A stretch of DNA of 64,000 bases from assembly GCF_964204645.1 (NCBI RefSeq), contig NC_134034.1, positions 5,492,914-5,556,913 on the forward strand, read 5' to 3'. Positions 10,811-25,600 of this stretch are shown here, one piece after another. Below the pieces are notes generated by a model, which had not been told where the DNA came from, searched no databases, and worked only from the letters and a program-made list of their open reading frames with translations. A program made the position numbers and the translations under genes. This DNA comes from Tubulanus polymorphus. Taxonomy: Eukaryota > Animalia > Nemertea. How positions within the stretch are numbered: position 1 is the stretch's first letter; each line of letters begins with the position of its first letter.

Positions 10811-12885
10811 TATCATGTACCACCACAGTTTGTTATGAGGTTCAACTACATGTAAAATATCAAAATAAGCCTTATAATTATCAAACAATGCTTCATCGAT
10901 TGATAAGGCCACGCAAAGAAATTGCTTGTTTCTCATCAGTTTCATTTTCTGTGCGCGCGTCAAAGTGTCGGTAAAAATAACAAGAAACAAAATTCTTAAT
11001 GTGGACTTCCATAAAATTAACATGAGAGTACGATTTATCCACCATCAACATTAAACATGACCCAGTTCCACTGTTATGAGTTAAGTATTTTTGACTCAAG
11101 AATTTACTCATTGAAAATAAACTTTTAACTCTGACTCTAACTGCACAACCGGGTCTGGTACTCTATAGAGTGAAAACTCGATTCCACAAGCATTCCGATA
11201 AACAACCTAATCACATACTGCCCACCCAATTGTTACTGTGGCAGGTATTTCGATAATGATGCTTTCCAGTCCAATTCAAGGTCGTGTTAACACCTAAATT
11301 TCCCCATTTAAAAAAATTAAAAATAGTCGCCCTCATAACTTTTGGAATTTTGGATAAGGCTTTTTATTTCTATCTTTTCTTTTCATAAGGGAGGTAAAAA
11401 TATAAAACCTGCCGCCCTCGTCACTTTTCCAAAAAGGGCTGATGAGAAACAAGGGTATTTCTTTGCATGGCCTAACATCAATATTAGTCAGCGGCAAAAC
11501 TTGACTGCCCTGTCTATGATCCCGCAATTACAAAGCTAAGCTATTTTTACCTTTTGAAAAGGGGCCACAGAATTGAACCCAAATGTAATTCACTACTCTA
11601 ATGTGTCTACATAATTGTGAGCTTTTCAATTGGGCAAAAACAGTTGGCATAGTATTTGTAAAGGAAAAGTTATTTTGCCTGATAGTGAGAAAAATTGTCC
11701 GGCATTGCAGTGTAGCTTGCTCAATGGGCCAGAGGAAAATATTGGCTGAGTTGCTGCGAACCAATAGAAGTAATTGGCCACTGAATAATTCAAAGGTCAA
11801 TAATTTCCATTACGTAGCTTTAAACCAATTACATACCTCAGCTCCTTCAGTGAGCTAATATGAAAAATATCAATAATACAGCGTGACAATTACTATCGGT
11901 ACTTTATTCAACTTTCGTATTAGAATGTCTGTTCATTTTTCCCACAATAATATGTGGAAATTGTCAGAAATAAAACCTTATCGCATGATCATTGTTGTTA
12001 CAGCAGACTCTGCATACCCTAGAATGTTACTTTCTGCTCACACTCACAGTCAGACCTCACAGCTTTTAAATTGCTTCTGATAACATCAGACATCTCCAAG
12101 AAATGCCGAGTACGCCGAAGTTTACCGGTACTTCTTTCATTCCGGATAGAAAGCTGACGCTATACATGAAATTAATCTGGTTCATGATAAAATCAAGAAA
12201 GATTATAAACACCATATTTTACAAACATTTATGAATAAACGGACCCTAAGTAATGTCAGATTCTAGTTTTAGATGGAACCAATACAAATTATTTCAATTC
12301 GTTACAATGATGTTGAACCTGGAAAAAATGAATCAAAATAATAGGATCCATCCAAATAATGATTCAGATATATTGAGGATTTATCTGATTTCTAAATAAA
12401 CCAATGCTTCAATAGTAATTACACCAGATTAGGGATATAAATGCATCATCCAGGAACCAAAACAAAAAAAGTGGTATGTTAAGTGTATTCGACTGGTCAC
12501 TCGTCTCAGCCTTGATGGATATCAATTTGAATTCGGCTGACATATGGGCACAAACAATGTTGATAGATTGGGATTAATATCTTTGATGCAATAAAATGGA
12601 ACGTCAATTACAATAAACTTCCGGGAGCATGACGATTTATTGATCTCTCGTAGATAGTTCGTTACAAATTTCTCATCCGCGTTTGTGAAATTTTTGAGTT
12701 TGTTATCAAACATCAGATTAAACCCGTATCTGAGTTCTTTCACTTTCGCAACAAACGGTTAATAGAATCAAATTTTCCATGCTCCACTTTTCCCTTTCTA
12801 CAGCTTTTCTTCTTAAAAGTGCTTAACCATCGGATACATTGTTCGTCAAAAATCCTTATCAAACTTATCATGAATAGTTGCCCAG

Positions 12886-15800
12886 TTACTTTTTCGGCGG
12901 TTGTTGAGGTGGAGGAGCCATCATTGGAGTACGGATACCAGGTGGTCCCATCATTGGCGGTCCCATCATAGGACCCATTGGACCTCTCATGCCTTAATAG
13001 AGAAACGAACAAAAAACAAATGAATATGATATTTCATATGATTTTCAGCTGGAAAGTTGACATCAACCAGATGTATGTCTGTCGTGATCAAATGTGTTGT
13101 TTGAGTATTTGGGTTCCCCTAGAAGAGGGAATATTTGGGATTTAGTTTAAAATGCTCCCATACGATGGCGCTAGTCAGAACTGGATGTCAAATATCCTTA
13201 CAAAAGCGTACAGGGGGAGGGGAGGGGTGAGCTCAAAGTGTACATGCTTTTCAAAGGGAGAGTGTTAATGTTGAAAGTAGGTACTTTGTGCACGAAAGGC
13301 ATGCGATTTTGATGAATATCCCTGCCGTAGTTCATGCGTACGTACTTAGAAAATCAGTCGTTTGTATCAGAGAGTTTTTGACTTCTTGTTTTCATTGGAC
13401 CTCGTTAATATCTTTCATTGTTAAGTATGTACTCATTAGGGGCTCCTTAGAAATATACTAATGTACATGGGGGTTTAAATCGGGAATTTTGAGCATATGA
13501 GCATATGAGCATACGCGTTCAGCCCCCTTTTCAATAGATGACATGACTAACACACTGCATAGAATGACTGATGATAATCTGTTTTAGTAGTAAAAGGCAT
13601 TAAGTTTTGGCAGGAAAGTGATGGGAGATATCAAAGGTACCATTACGCTTTTGGCAGGCAATGAGTTAAGTGTTGACTTTAAACAAGCGCTTTGTAAATT
13701 ATAGTCTTTAAAGTTGTAAAGAATTTAACCAATGGACCCATTCTTTGCACTGCACCACTAGACCCCCATACCACTGCAGTGTTTTCATTAATCATTTTAG
13801 CCGTCAGGTCATTTAGTAAAACAGCGGGTCTCGACCAACTTTGACTGGAGACCAAAACAGGGTTCGTAGTTGTAAGGCTATAGGAAAAATATAAGCACTT
13901 AAACGCATTTTTACAAGAAAATCAGGCTAGAAAAGTGAATTTCACTGCCATTGACTGACCATCTTATGTAAAATTCACTGCCAACTTCAGCAACTTTTTA
14001 AGAAATTTGCAATTTTTTGAGCTAGTGACCAAATGCCCATACTAAGGCCCTTTAAATTGGTTGGAGTAGGCCTACTAATTTTACCAGCATAAATGAAAGG
14101 TTGAAGGAGAAAATAAAATTTAAAATCTTATATAAAATATATTGATTTCTAAGATCATGGATCTATCGAAACTATTTATATATCTCACATTAAACATCGT
14201 CACACTGTTGCCAAGATTTCAATTATTACAAAAACTATCATAAATCTATAGATTTGCAACATTTTTTAATTGAAGGCCCTAAATCGATTTTGAAGATCTT
14301 TGCTGAATTCAAGGCCTTGAATTTCCCTTTCAATAATTCAATGATTACGGACCTTGCAATCATTGAACATGCCAACTTGTGTGGCACATCCAGCTTCGCT
14401 GACAGCTGATTGGAACATTGCCAATTTCTTGGAAAACTTTAACAAGGTCACGCGCGTCACGGCGCGTTTTTCTCATAGCTAGCAACAGTGAGTAGAGTCA
14501 AACCACGCTGCAGTAGTCGTGAGTGACTCTGTGTGAAGCATATATTCACAAATACTTCTGACCAGAAAATACACGGTCGTGCTGATAGCTGACAAAAGCC
14601 ATTCAGGAACGATGTCTGGTTGAAAAAATCAGCCGGGTCTAAAAGGACTGACAGACGGGTCCAGGACCTGACACCCGGCTATTAATAAAAACACTGCACT
14701 GTTGTACCCAAGATCAACCCACTATTTCAATGAAAGCTAGGTAGTTCAAAGTCAGACCCACACACATATACAAAAAGTAGGAAAAAAGGGTCTCGTAACA
14801 GAAGCATTGGAACCAACAAACAAATTAACTGGGTGTGAAATAAGCAGAAAGACTGCATATTTCATGATTATATGGAAGTAGTGAATGAAATGCTCGACCC
14901 TTGATGAATAAATCAGAAATTTGGCTTGCACCCTGACCAAACCCCCACTCGAGACAATTGACATTTTGGCAAGATTGAAATAAGTGTATGCAAAATGTGG
15001 AAATACCTGGCATCATGGGAGGCATCGGTCCATGTGGCCCCATCATCATAGGGGGCATGTGCGGAGGCATTGGGCCACCCATCGGTGGCATAGGTGCTGC
15101 TGAAGCTTTGGGGGGCATCGCTCCTCCTACAAGTATAAAATTGATACTCAAAACACATGTGTATACGAATGAAGAATCTGTCAATTAAAAATATTCAGTT
15201 GTACAAACCTAGATTGGGTGGTGGTGGAATCATTGCACCTTGAGCAGGTCCATTTCCAGGGCCTCCACTGTTGAATGGATTAGTGTTTATTTTACCCGAC
15301 TTGTAGGCAGCAGCTGAAAGTATAAGTTCATGTATCTAGACTATAACTTTTAGCAATGATTTGAAATACAGTCAAACCCGCTGAATCCCGATTGGTCTAA
15401 TATGGACATTATCCGCAAGCTACTTGTTCATTGATATAGGCCTACAAGAAAAGGACTTCTTATACGGATTTCACGTAAATCGGATGAATTTTGTTGGTCC
15501 CAAATGATCCCAATTAAGCGGGTTCTTCTGTACTGGTATTATTACAAGACATTAAGGGAGCATCTCAAAATTTTATTTGTTCTGTCAATTAGAATAACTG
15601 TCTAATTGGTTTTAACCCCCTACCCCACATCCCCTTTGATTAGACACATGCCAAAGTTGGAACTATTGATTTTCTAATGAGAGACCACAGACAAAGATAA
15701 GACATTCTCGCGAGTGTATTTCGACCACAGATTTTAATTGAACAATAAATAAGCTAACGTGGAAAACCTATTAAATTACTTTGAATAAGTGCGATGAATC

Positions 15801-18800
15801 TCTTCACGATTTGCGGTTCTATTTCATTGATAATAGAACTGTCATGAATGTTTTCAATTTTGCAAAAACTGTTTCAGTTTCAAACCTTGCCTAACTCGAA
15901 CAAATTGGGATCGTAAATTTTTGTCCCAGTTGAGCGAAGTCCGAGTTAGAGACTGATGAGAGCCAGTAAAGGCAGGCTAAGGTCAGTTTTTACTTGGAAT
16001 CTGCCTTGTTGACGTATCTCCTCTACCTTGATCAAGAGCTTGGAAAATGCATTAGAATAACATGAAATTTCAAGACCCACTTTATCTGCTTCGCAGCTAT
16101 GTCGCTCGCTGGGCATGGATACCCAGTTGGCCCTTTTCATAGTTGGTGCCCCTTTTTTCACAGTACTGTAGTCATTGAATTGCCCTGGATCCATGCCTGA
16201 AAAGCCTGGTCACCAGTTAAGTTCAATGCACCTTTGACTGTTTCCCAAAATTTCTATTTACTTTTCAAAATATCACTGAAAGATTGTTTTTTTTTCTGTC
16301 CAAACTTTCCGGTGACAATCATACATATCATATTTGGATTTTTGCTATTAGGCTTTATTTCCACCGCTTTCAATGTTCACCAAGTTGATCTTCCTTTCTT
16401 AGCCACGGGCATTGTACCTCTCATCCTCCCCAACAGGGATACCGGATGGCATCGCTAGGCTCGGCTACAGCACGCTGCCGCAGTTATACGTATGTATTGG
16501 CATACATGCAGATGATAAAAAACATCATCAGACAGTAAATAGAAGTTATCTTACAGGGATCATAATCAGCCGTCAAAAAAGTACAACTACATGTACTATT
16601 ACATGTATTGATAAGTACTACTATCAGCACTGTACATACTTGTATCATCTACGAGTTTCTGAACTTGTTCTTCTAACCATTTTGTGTAGTATATTCGCAC
16701 ATTTTCTTTATGCTTGCGGCCATTACAATGAGTTTTTCGTACTGATGGCTGAAAACCAAAAATTTAAGAAGATAGTTATGCTGTGTTATTGAAATCTATG
16801 TGAACTTTCAATTCCATTTAAGGATTGTTCAATGTTGTATCATTAGTTCAGGTCAAATACAAACACCCCCCAGTAAGTCAGAATTTTCACAATTTTGTGT
16901 TATGTCATCGATATTAAACTAGGGGTCCAGGGATATCATGCCCACTTAGGAAAGGGGTTTCAAATGCTCAACAATATAACAATTTCAATATTCAACGCCC
17001 CCTGGTGACCATATACATAAACCAATGACCTCGAAACTCATCACAATAGAATATGTCAGCAGCTATGATTTTTTAATTGATTGTGATAACAAAATATGCC
17101 TTGTTACCAATTTAACATGGAAATACTAAGTTATTCTACTATTTTACAACCCCTGGTGACCATATACAAAACCCAATGACCTTGAACCTCACCACAATCA
17201 TAGAAAATGTCATGAACTACAACTTTGCAATTGATCATGGTAACAAAATATCCCTAGGAACCAATCTAATAAGGAAATACCAAGTTCTTCTATTCAACGC
17301 CACCTGGTGACCATAAAGAATAACTTATGTCCTTGAATCTCACCACACGATGTAATGAGCTACAACTTTGCAATTGATTGTGGAAGCAATAATATAGAAA
17401 TACTAAGTATTGTATGATTGAATGCCCCCTGGTGCCCATATACAAAAAGCAATGACCTTGAAACTCACCACAGTCATACAAAACGTTATGAGCTACAACT
17501 TTCCAATACATTGTTGTAACAAAATATGCTTAGGTATCAATAAAATGTGGAAAAACTTTTTCCCACCTACGAATGAGTACTGATGACGCCAAGATGGCTG
17601 CCATTTGTGCCATAATTGGCTGATCAAAAATACATGTCTCAGGTATAAAACATCCCTTTCCAAAGAATACCATCACAAATTGCAATGAGAAATGGCATAC
17701 CAGTAGGAAGCTACAGGACTCAGAATTTGGGCCAAAATTTACATTTTTGGCCACTAAAAAGGTCATAGGACGGCCATCTTGAGTCCAATCGACCCAATTT
17801 TTCTTAAGTTGATGGGCCCTTGGGGGATTCAAATATATACGAAAGATCAAGGTAATTGATCAAAGCGTCTTCAAAATTTCCCTCAAAAAGCTCAAAAATG
17901 TGTAAAAAGTGCCGATTTTGGCAAACAACAATGGCTGCCAATCGGCCATCTTATTTCTGACAGGGCCAGTTTTTGGGCTGAAGATGTGTCTAGGGTAGAT
18001 ACATGTATAAACCAAATATCAAGACATTACCTTGAAGCGTCTTCAAAACTGCCCAAAATAACTGGATTCCGTCTACGGACGGACGACGGACGAAAAGTGA
18101 AAGCAATAGCCCGCTGGGACTTAAGTCCCAGGTGGGCTAAAAACTGTAAACTGTGGTTTGAATGACAGCTCGCCACCGCATAAATACTCAACAACCAATT
18201 GTCTATAGGAACTTTATTGCAAATAAACAATATAAACACAAGGCATTTCTGTCATATTTTGACTTTATTTGCAGTTCAAATTTAGCGCCATCCTTGCAAG
18301 ATTATCACCAACCCGGAAACAAAATCCAACCAGTTTACAAGCCCTAGTGTCATAGGCCTACATCGAAAAGGAAGTATTACTCACCGAATCATGTGTGAGA
18401 TAGGTATCACAATAATCACAAAAATATCTGAAAGTTAAAAACACAACATTAATTCAAAGATTGGCCGAAAGTTAACTTGGGTTCAGCAAGGCCTTTTATC
18501 TAAGAAATATGTAGAACATAGGCCCCTATTCTGTGTGATATGTGTTGTATGATGAAACTATTACCCCTGTCAATGCATAGGCCTACTGGGAATCAATGTA
18601 CAAGGTCTGGCAGTTGGGCTTATGGCATACGCGTCAGAAGCAATTTTTGATTGCCGCAGCCAATCGCCTTTTATTATCGCGGTTATTTGCCTCGGTAAAT
18701 TCAACTCAATTTTGTCAAAAACATAAGGCCATATATGTAAAGAAAAAATGTCATTCAATATCCACTTAATGGCAGCCACCTATAATACAAGTTCATTCCT

Positions 18801-19811
18801 TGTCAAAATTAGATTATAGGGAAATTACTGAAAGAACACTTCAAGGTAAATCGGCCATTGTGATTCTGGTTGGCCGACCCTGCCTCGGCAGGGATTTGAA
18901 CCGGATGGCATCGCTACACCCCCGGCCATACTGATGTCTATTTCAACTTGACTGGAGAACACACGAGGTGGCCTAGCTCAGTCATTTTTGGTAGTGCATA
19001 CCTAATAAAAGTCTTATTGGGACCAGAAAGGACAGGGAGCTGACCTAAAACATCATTTTCAATCCATTCTTCACTGTATTGAAGGATATCCAGAAGTCTT
19101 CATTGTAAGGGGTTGAATAATAAAAAGTGATCCCGTGATTTAAATCATGCTATCAATTGAAACATATTCTTAAACTTTTAAATCATTGAGTCACTTTTCT
19201 TTTTCCAACCCCTTTCAACGAAGACCTTTTGGATATCAAAACAGTTTAATATCGATTTTTAGGTCAACTGCTAGTCCTTTCTGGTACAAATAACTGGAAG
19301 TCCTATACGGCGCTTAGACAGCCAGTTACGTTCACACGAGTCGGCAATTCGGCATTTGGTAAGCTCAGAATAGTAGTCACCCGGTGTGCCGATAGAGGGG
19401 AGTGTAATTCAATTACGCTACAGTAGCTGTGCACACGGTATAATGTGGCAGGGTTTCGTACCGCGGCAATCTCGATGCCATCAGGTTTGAATTCCTGCCA
19501 GGGGAGGATCTTCTGCACTCTTTCCTTGAATTTTCTAAGTCACGCACTTTTGTGCATATGTGCCACAGTGTAAATGAGCCAATCAGCGACGATGTACAGT
19601 AAAATAGCGGAAATAAAACACTCTGCCGTATACGGTAAAATATCCACTGCGAATTTATTAAATTGAATTGATATTGAAAATAAAATGAAATCGTCGCACT
19701 CGGCTGTCATTAACTATTTGAAATGTAGGCCATACGGCCGGCCAAAAATGGTAGGATCTAATTCAGCTACATAATCTGGCAAGTCCGTTGCTTAAATTCA
19801 TACTTTGGCAT
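12886..19811 (-). CDS. SNRPC: U1 small nuclear ribonucleoprotein C; coding exons 19811-19804, 18427-18385, 16748-16640, 15313-15209, 15126-15007, 12992-12886
   Basis: Spliced product [62 protein letters not shown]..., followed by a Pro/Met/Gly-rich tail ending PPKK*. All introns are GT-AG with consistent phases. Confidence 0.95.
15369..15530. mobile_element. Tc1/mariner (pogo/Tigger-like) MITE
   Basis: TA-CAGTCAAACCCGCT ... AGCGGGTTCTTCTG-TA. Confidence 0.55.
16915..18143 (-). mobile_element. Helentron-associated (HINE/DINE-like) non-autonomous element with an internal ~150-bp tandem array
   Basis: 5' end TTTTTAGCCCACCTGGGACTTAAGTCCCAG (palindrome), (CCGT)n microsatellite, about 4 tandem units containing CAACGCCCCCTGGTGACCATA. 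Homologous to 43378-44010 and 51733-52195. Confidence 0.7.
18888..19499. mobile_element. TIR-bounded MITE (CAGG...CCTG, hAT-like) with a nested palindromic MITE
   Basis: GCAGGGATTTGAACCGGATGGCATCG versus CGATGCCATCAGGTTTGAATTCCTGC; internal inverted repeats at about 19020-19295; a related end lies at about 16434. Confidence 0.45.
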
Positions 19812-20226
19812 AATTCTATACGTCTCCTTCGTGCAAAATTTCCAAAAAGAGACGTGGTTCTAAAACACTGTTTGTTGTTTCGCCGCTGGCTAGGGTTTGA
19901 TCACAGTCACGAGTAACCGTTTTTAGGAGATGGATGCGGAAATACAATACAAATGTATTTATTGATCAATATTCTTTTGCCCACGCTGTGTGACATCAAA
20001 ATTGGATCTCCGGTAACATGCGCATCACTATTCTTCTTAGAGTGTGTCCTTTAGTTGGTAGTTGAGCCACCAAAAATGAACTGAGTTAGCGGTCCCAGTC
20101 GAATAAATTAAATTGACTTGAATTTGATTAGGTTGCGGTTGTTGCCGGCGCTGGGTTCTAATTTCTGATTTTGCTTTAGGAACTGAGAAAACAACGAAGC
20201 TTCATAAGCTTTCATAATTGTCCAAG
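19812..20226. promoter_or_regulatory. Probable bidirectional promoter for SNRPC and TEX10, including a candidate non-coding first exon of TEX10
   Basis: SNRPC ATG at 19811 on the minus strand. Plus-strand donor CCAAG|GTATCG at 20226/20227. The TEX10 ATG exon begins with an acceptor at 22590. Confidence 0.55.
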
Positions 20227-20559
20227 GTATCGTATTCTGCGTATCTTGTCGTCAGATCCTTAGACTCATTATCACTTTTTTTTACTCGGTTACTTCGACT
20301 CGAGCTCTTGAAAAGATTGCAGTATCAAATTCAATTTAAAAATTTATTCGTCCATGCACATGTGTCACATGGACTTGACACAAATAAAAGGATTTTGACC
20401 CCAGTATCCTAAGTACTATATATAAAAAGACAAGGGAGCCAACTCTCTGTCGGATCGGTTAATAGGTATGTCACTTCAACTGTTCGTAACTTCGTTATTG
20501 ATTGATAATCCAATCCGCCGCTTCCAAGTAAGATTATTCTCAAAGATAACAAATTTCTG

Positions 20560-21135
20560 CGTTAGGACTGAGGTTGGAAGGAGGTCTGCGGCAGAGGCAG
20601 CTGGGAGTCCCAGACTTTGCCGTAACGAGACCAGGAGGTCTTCCAAAACCTCTGCAGCGTACGCCCGTGCAGTCGACCCAGAGGGACCAACAAACAAGAG
20701 GGACTATCAGAGACATGGAACTTATCTGTCCCAACACCTGCGACCAAAAACGAGCGGAACGCTGTGTTCCACTGGTCAAGCCGAGAACTGCCGATTTGAG
20801 TTTCTCTATTCGGCTGTCCGCCGGCCGGACTATCCCACGGATGAGATCGAAAAAACATTCCGAGATAAAGGAATTTTTGTGAGTTGTCTAGACGAATACC
20901 TTTCCTTTGTAGCCTTTTCTGGAACGCCTTTACGACCTTGGTAAATACCCTATAGGGGCTGAACTGAGGCCGAAGGGGAGCGACGTTAACTGATAGTGGA
21001 CGCCTTTTCACTTTACTCGGAGATACCGCTGTGACTTCGGGTGCACCGGCACTTGAAATTAAGCGTCTTTCAGGTCGATAGAAGCAGCCCATTGCCCGGG
21101 TTTCAGGCCTTGAATGACTTCTTTGGGGGTTCGTC
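20560..21135 (-). mobile_element. Degenerate DIRS RT fragment
   Basis: PKEVIQGLKPGQWAASIDLKDA..FQVPVHPKS, VFTKVVK..GIRL and FLYLGM..VPLGRL..LQRFWK, all paralleling the RT at 32020-32700. Confidence 0.85.
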
Positions 21136-21164
21136 AAATTGAATGAATTAGAAAGTTGTAGCTT

Positions 21165-21770
21165 ATAACGTGTTCTATGACTGTGGTGAGTTTCAATTTC
21201 ATTGGTTTTTGTATTGGCCAGGGGGCGTTGAATAATACAATATCTTAGTATTTCTATATTATATTTGTACCAATACATATTTTGTTACCACAATCGATTG
21301 CAAAGTTGTAGCTCATGACATCGTTTATGATTGTGGTGAGTTTTAAGGAAATTAGATATTCTATATGGTCACCAGGGGGCGTTGAATAGTACAATAACCT
21401 AGTTTTTCCTTTAGACATATTTTTTTGTTACCATGATTGAATGCAAAGTTGTAGTTTATGACATGTTCTATGATTGTGGTAAGTGACGAGGTTATTGGGT
21501 TTTGAATATGGTCACCAGGGGGCGTTGAATATTAGAATAACCTAGTATTTCCTTATTATATTGGTACCTAGGCATATTTTGTTACCATGATCAAATGCAA
21601 AGTTGTTGTTTATGACATGTTCTATGATTGTGGTGAGTTTCAAGGTCATTGGTTTTGTATATGGTCACCAGGGGTGTTGAATATTGAAATTGTTAGATTG
21701 TTGAGCATTTGAAACCACTCCCATGGGTGGGAGTGGGCATGGTGTCCCTGGACCCCTAGTTTCAATTAAC
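21165..21770 (+). repeat. ~150-bp tandem array and 3' end of the HINE-like family
   Basis: Four units containing a (GT)CACCAGGGGGCGTTGAATA-type core; reverse complement of 16915-17530. Confidence 0.75.
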
Positions 21771-22608
21771 TGAGGCACACATACTAAATAGTATAGATTA
21801 GTCCTAAAAAGTATTAGCCTAATGAATAAGGTATAAAAATGGTTTGAGTTAAGTGTCTATAAGCAGCCACATTATCTAACATCTTCCACCATTAAATTGC
21901 AGAGTATGATTCATTAAAGTTGATTTAAAGGCCTTATTATATCATGTGTTGTACAGGACAAAATTATTTAGCAGTTTGTGGATACCCCATGCTAACCATG
22001 ATGATTTGGACTATCAGAATTGTAAGAAATTAGATTCAGTTTAAGCAATTGGGTCACTTTTAACTCTCACTTTTAACTAATTTAAAAAAAGGTAGTTGTG
22101 GTGTTGTACAGGACATGCAAAATACAACAGATTCTTATTTGAGGCTAGTGAATAATAAAATTGCTTTAAACTCATTTCCTTGTCATCTTTAGTCATTAGA
22201 CACATATAGATTCTATGTAGAATAACAAAAATCATTGAAACTTCATCCAATTCCAATCATAAAGGCCCTTTAACATTATGGTGCCCAGTGACGCATTTCA
22301 CAATTATTTTCCGGATATGACTTTGGTAGGAGAAATTTCACATTTTTGATTGCATAGAGAACTTCACATGTTTAGAATCCTGAAATAAAGGGTGTTTGCT
22401 AATACTTGACACCTTACTTGGCTGTCTATAGCAAATTTAAGTTTTCACAAATCTCGGTACTTTCCGGAGAATCGCCCTCTACAGCGCTAGCATTCATGTA
22501 GGCCTAACAATTATGTGTTTTAGGTCTCACATTTTTTGGCCCAATCGTCCAGAGTGATTCACGTTGATATTTTATGTTGTATGATTCAGGTTCTGGTGAG
22601 CTAGAAAG

Positions 22609-25600
22609 ATGCCAAAATCACGACGAAAAAGAAATGATAAAAAGGATTTCCAGAAGGTGAAATTGAAAGTTGGTAGATCATTGAAGAAAGCGGATAATAC
22701 TACAGCTACACATTTCAAATCGCATTCGATCGTATTGAAAGAACAACTCATTACTGATGTCAGTCAACCAACAACTAAAAGACATCAGAATATATCGGTT
22801 AGTCAGCATTATTTTTGTAATATTGATTAATACTAGAATACATTTCTTGTCTCCTTTTTAGCTCCCCTTTTCCAACTCAGCTAAAGGTTTGGGGTTCTCC
22901 CTTCTTAGCCATACATTCGGTCATCAGTCTGGGTGAACATCGGTTTCATAGCCAGTCATCTAGTGGTCAGAACTAATAGTCCTAACCGAACACACAAATA
23001 AGTTGCCACTTATTTGGCAAGTCATTTTAATTTTGGACTGAACAAGTTACTACTTATTTCAGACTGAAGAACTGGGTCAAAAACAACCACGCGAAATATT
23101 TCTAATATTTCAATAAACTTTTATCGCTGCCGTAGCACTATGGATCGCCTACGCACACGGGGATTCTTGCACTATGGAGCCCTTAAGTATGCGGGGAATT
23201 GTGCGCTTTGGATCGCCGTGGTATACGGGGAATACTTTTACTAGATAAACTACGAAGCTTTTGCATATATTCGGCCTAGTTTTCTCCATTAAAATTTATA
23301 CTATTTCAAAATCATTTCAAGAATCGTTCATTAACACTTTTTAGTACGAAAACACATTTTACTTTTGGTACGGTTAGAAATATCAAACAAGGAATACGTT
23401 GCAGATGGTGGATTAATTGACGGGCGTATGATTTTAAGGATTAGATATCGGATATTTGAAAACCATTTCAACCATTGGTCTATGATGTCTGTACATGTGT
23501 TAAAACTTTTAATATTGTTCACCACGTGCAAGAGGGCCATTCCATAATTATAGTTCATTACTGCCAGGCTAGCGCTGTGGATCGCTATGGATCGACGTTG
23601 CGGGTGAGGACGTCGGCGCTATTTGACGCTGTGGATCAGGTCCGTACACAAGGACTAGTCGCTAAAGCTGCGCTGTTACTTTAAGCGATCCTCTCTTTTT
23701 TTCACTGGATCGCCTCGGTTCCGGCGCTATGGATCGCTAATTTTTGTTTCCCGGCCCCTATAGGGTGGGGACTTCCACTGACTGGTGCATAAGTGCAAAT
23801 AACTGCGTACTGATGGCTGGAGTTTTGCTGAAACATGCTAATTTTAATTTTACTTTCAAATTGAATTTCAGGATTTGCTATCAAAAATACAACACTATAA
23901 TACAACAGTTCGCCAGGATGCTGTAATTGGCCTTCAAGAATTATTGTCCGATAAACCAGATTTGCTCTTTGACAATCTTTCTGTTTTGATTGAGAGAGTT
24001 TCAAGTCTGTTCGTCGACAAAGATGCCGCTGTACGTAAGGCGACTTTGAAACTATACACAGCCTTATTTCCATTGATTTCTGTGAATAAAATGTTACCGT
24101 TTTTTTCGATTTTGAATGCATATCTTTGTTGCGCAATGACGCACATATACGATGATGTGCAGATGGATTCATTATCAATCATTGATCTCTGTTTGGAAAC
24201 ATACCCGACACTTGTAATGCAACACTGTTCTCAATTACTCACTAACTTTATCAATATGATATCGAAAGGAGATAAATCAACTAAACGTGGGACCATTGGC
24301 GGTGATCGTGTTCTTACGATTAGTCAGGGGAACAAGCTTTGTGGACAAAAATGGCGGCGAAAGGTCTTGGAACGTTTAAATGCTTTTCTCTCCGCTCTAT
24401 GCATGGATATGAAAAGAAACAAAGGCATCACAGATGTTTCTGATTTGAGAATAGTTGAAGGCGACTTTTTCCATAAAAATGAAATACCTGCTCTGCACCG
24501 ATGTTCATTGGCTCGAAACTTCACTTTAAGGTAAGCAATCCATTAATTCTTCCGAATTTTTGGGAATATCCTTTTAGCCCACTTTAGACTCCACCCTTGA
24601 CGGCTATTACATTCGCTTTTCATTCATCGTCCGTTTTTTCATACAGATATGTAAATGAAATACTGATATTGTTGGTAGTTCTGAGGGACTGATGTGTGAG
24701 CTTTTAACTATTGTAAATTTCAGAGCACACACTGACTAGTTCAATGCGTTCCTGTTACAAAAATGTACAAAGACCAATAAATCAATCACTACCTGTTACA
24801 AAATTGTACAAAGGACAATAAATTCATGGAGTAAGACTGCGCATGTCACTTTAGTTAGGGGCTCATGAGTGTATTCTTTGTAGATTGCGATGATTGAATT
24901 TACCGTATTTTCTGGCGATTAAGCCGACTCGGCCAATAAGCCGAGGGTGGTTTTTTAGCCTAAAATACATGGATTTCTTAATGCATCGCCCAATAAGCCG
25001 AGGCCCTTCATCAGGAGATTTTAATTCACTGATTTGTCTATTAATTTGTCTTAATTGACGGTGTATGAGGCTGACAATACGTGCCTGCCGATGTGTGAGA
25101 GTGCTGTGTATACTATCATTGCCGAGTCACTGCTAGACTCGATCAGGTGATTTCTAGCACACATTCGCAATCACGCGGCTGACTGCTGGTATATACAAAT
25201 GTACTAGTGCTGCAGTATTAGATAGCCGCAGTGAGGTGATGAAAGAAACAAACTAACAAGATAGTTCTAAATAGATAATTGGTAGTAAATAATGACCTCA
25301 AATAAACATGGAAAACTTATTGATTTTGATGATCTTCAGGAGCATTAGGGTGACATAGTTCGGGAAGTAATTATTTAGGTCAGATCTTATCCGTCCAATA
25401 AGCCGATCATGATATTTTGAGTTAAAAATCTGAGGCTAGAAAATCGGCTTATTAGCCGGAAAATACGATATGTGGCCAGGATGCGGGAACATTCAGCTTC
25501 GGTGTTCCACTTCTTCATTACAAAACATAATTTTGGATTTTATTTCCTCGGCAGCATGACCATTTTGGTCCTCATATGGAATCCAGTTATTGTGTTGAAT

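Noticed and set aside
16985-17535. Regularly spaced repeats resembling a CRISPR array
   Set aside because: Whole ~150-bp units are homologous with no unique spacers, the context is a eukaryotic intron, and there are no cas genes.
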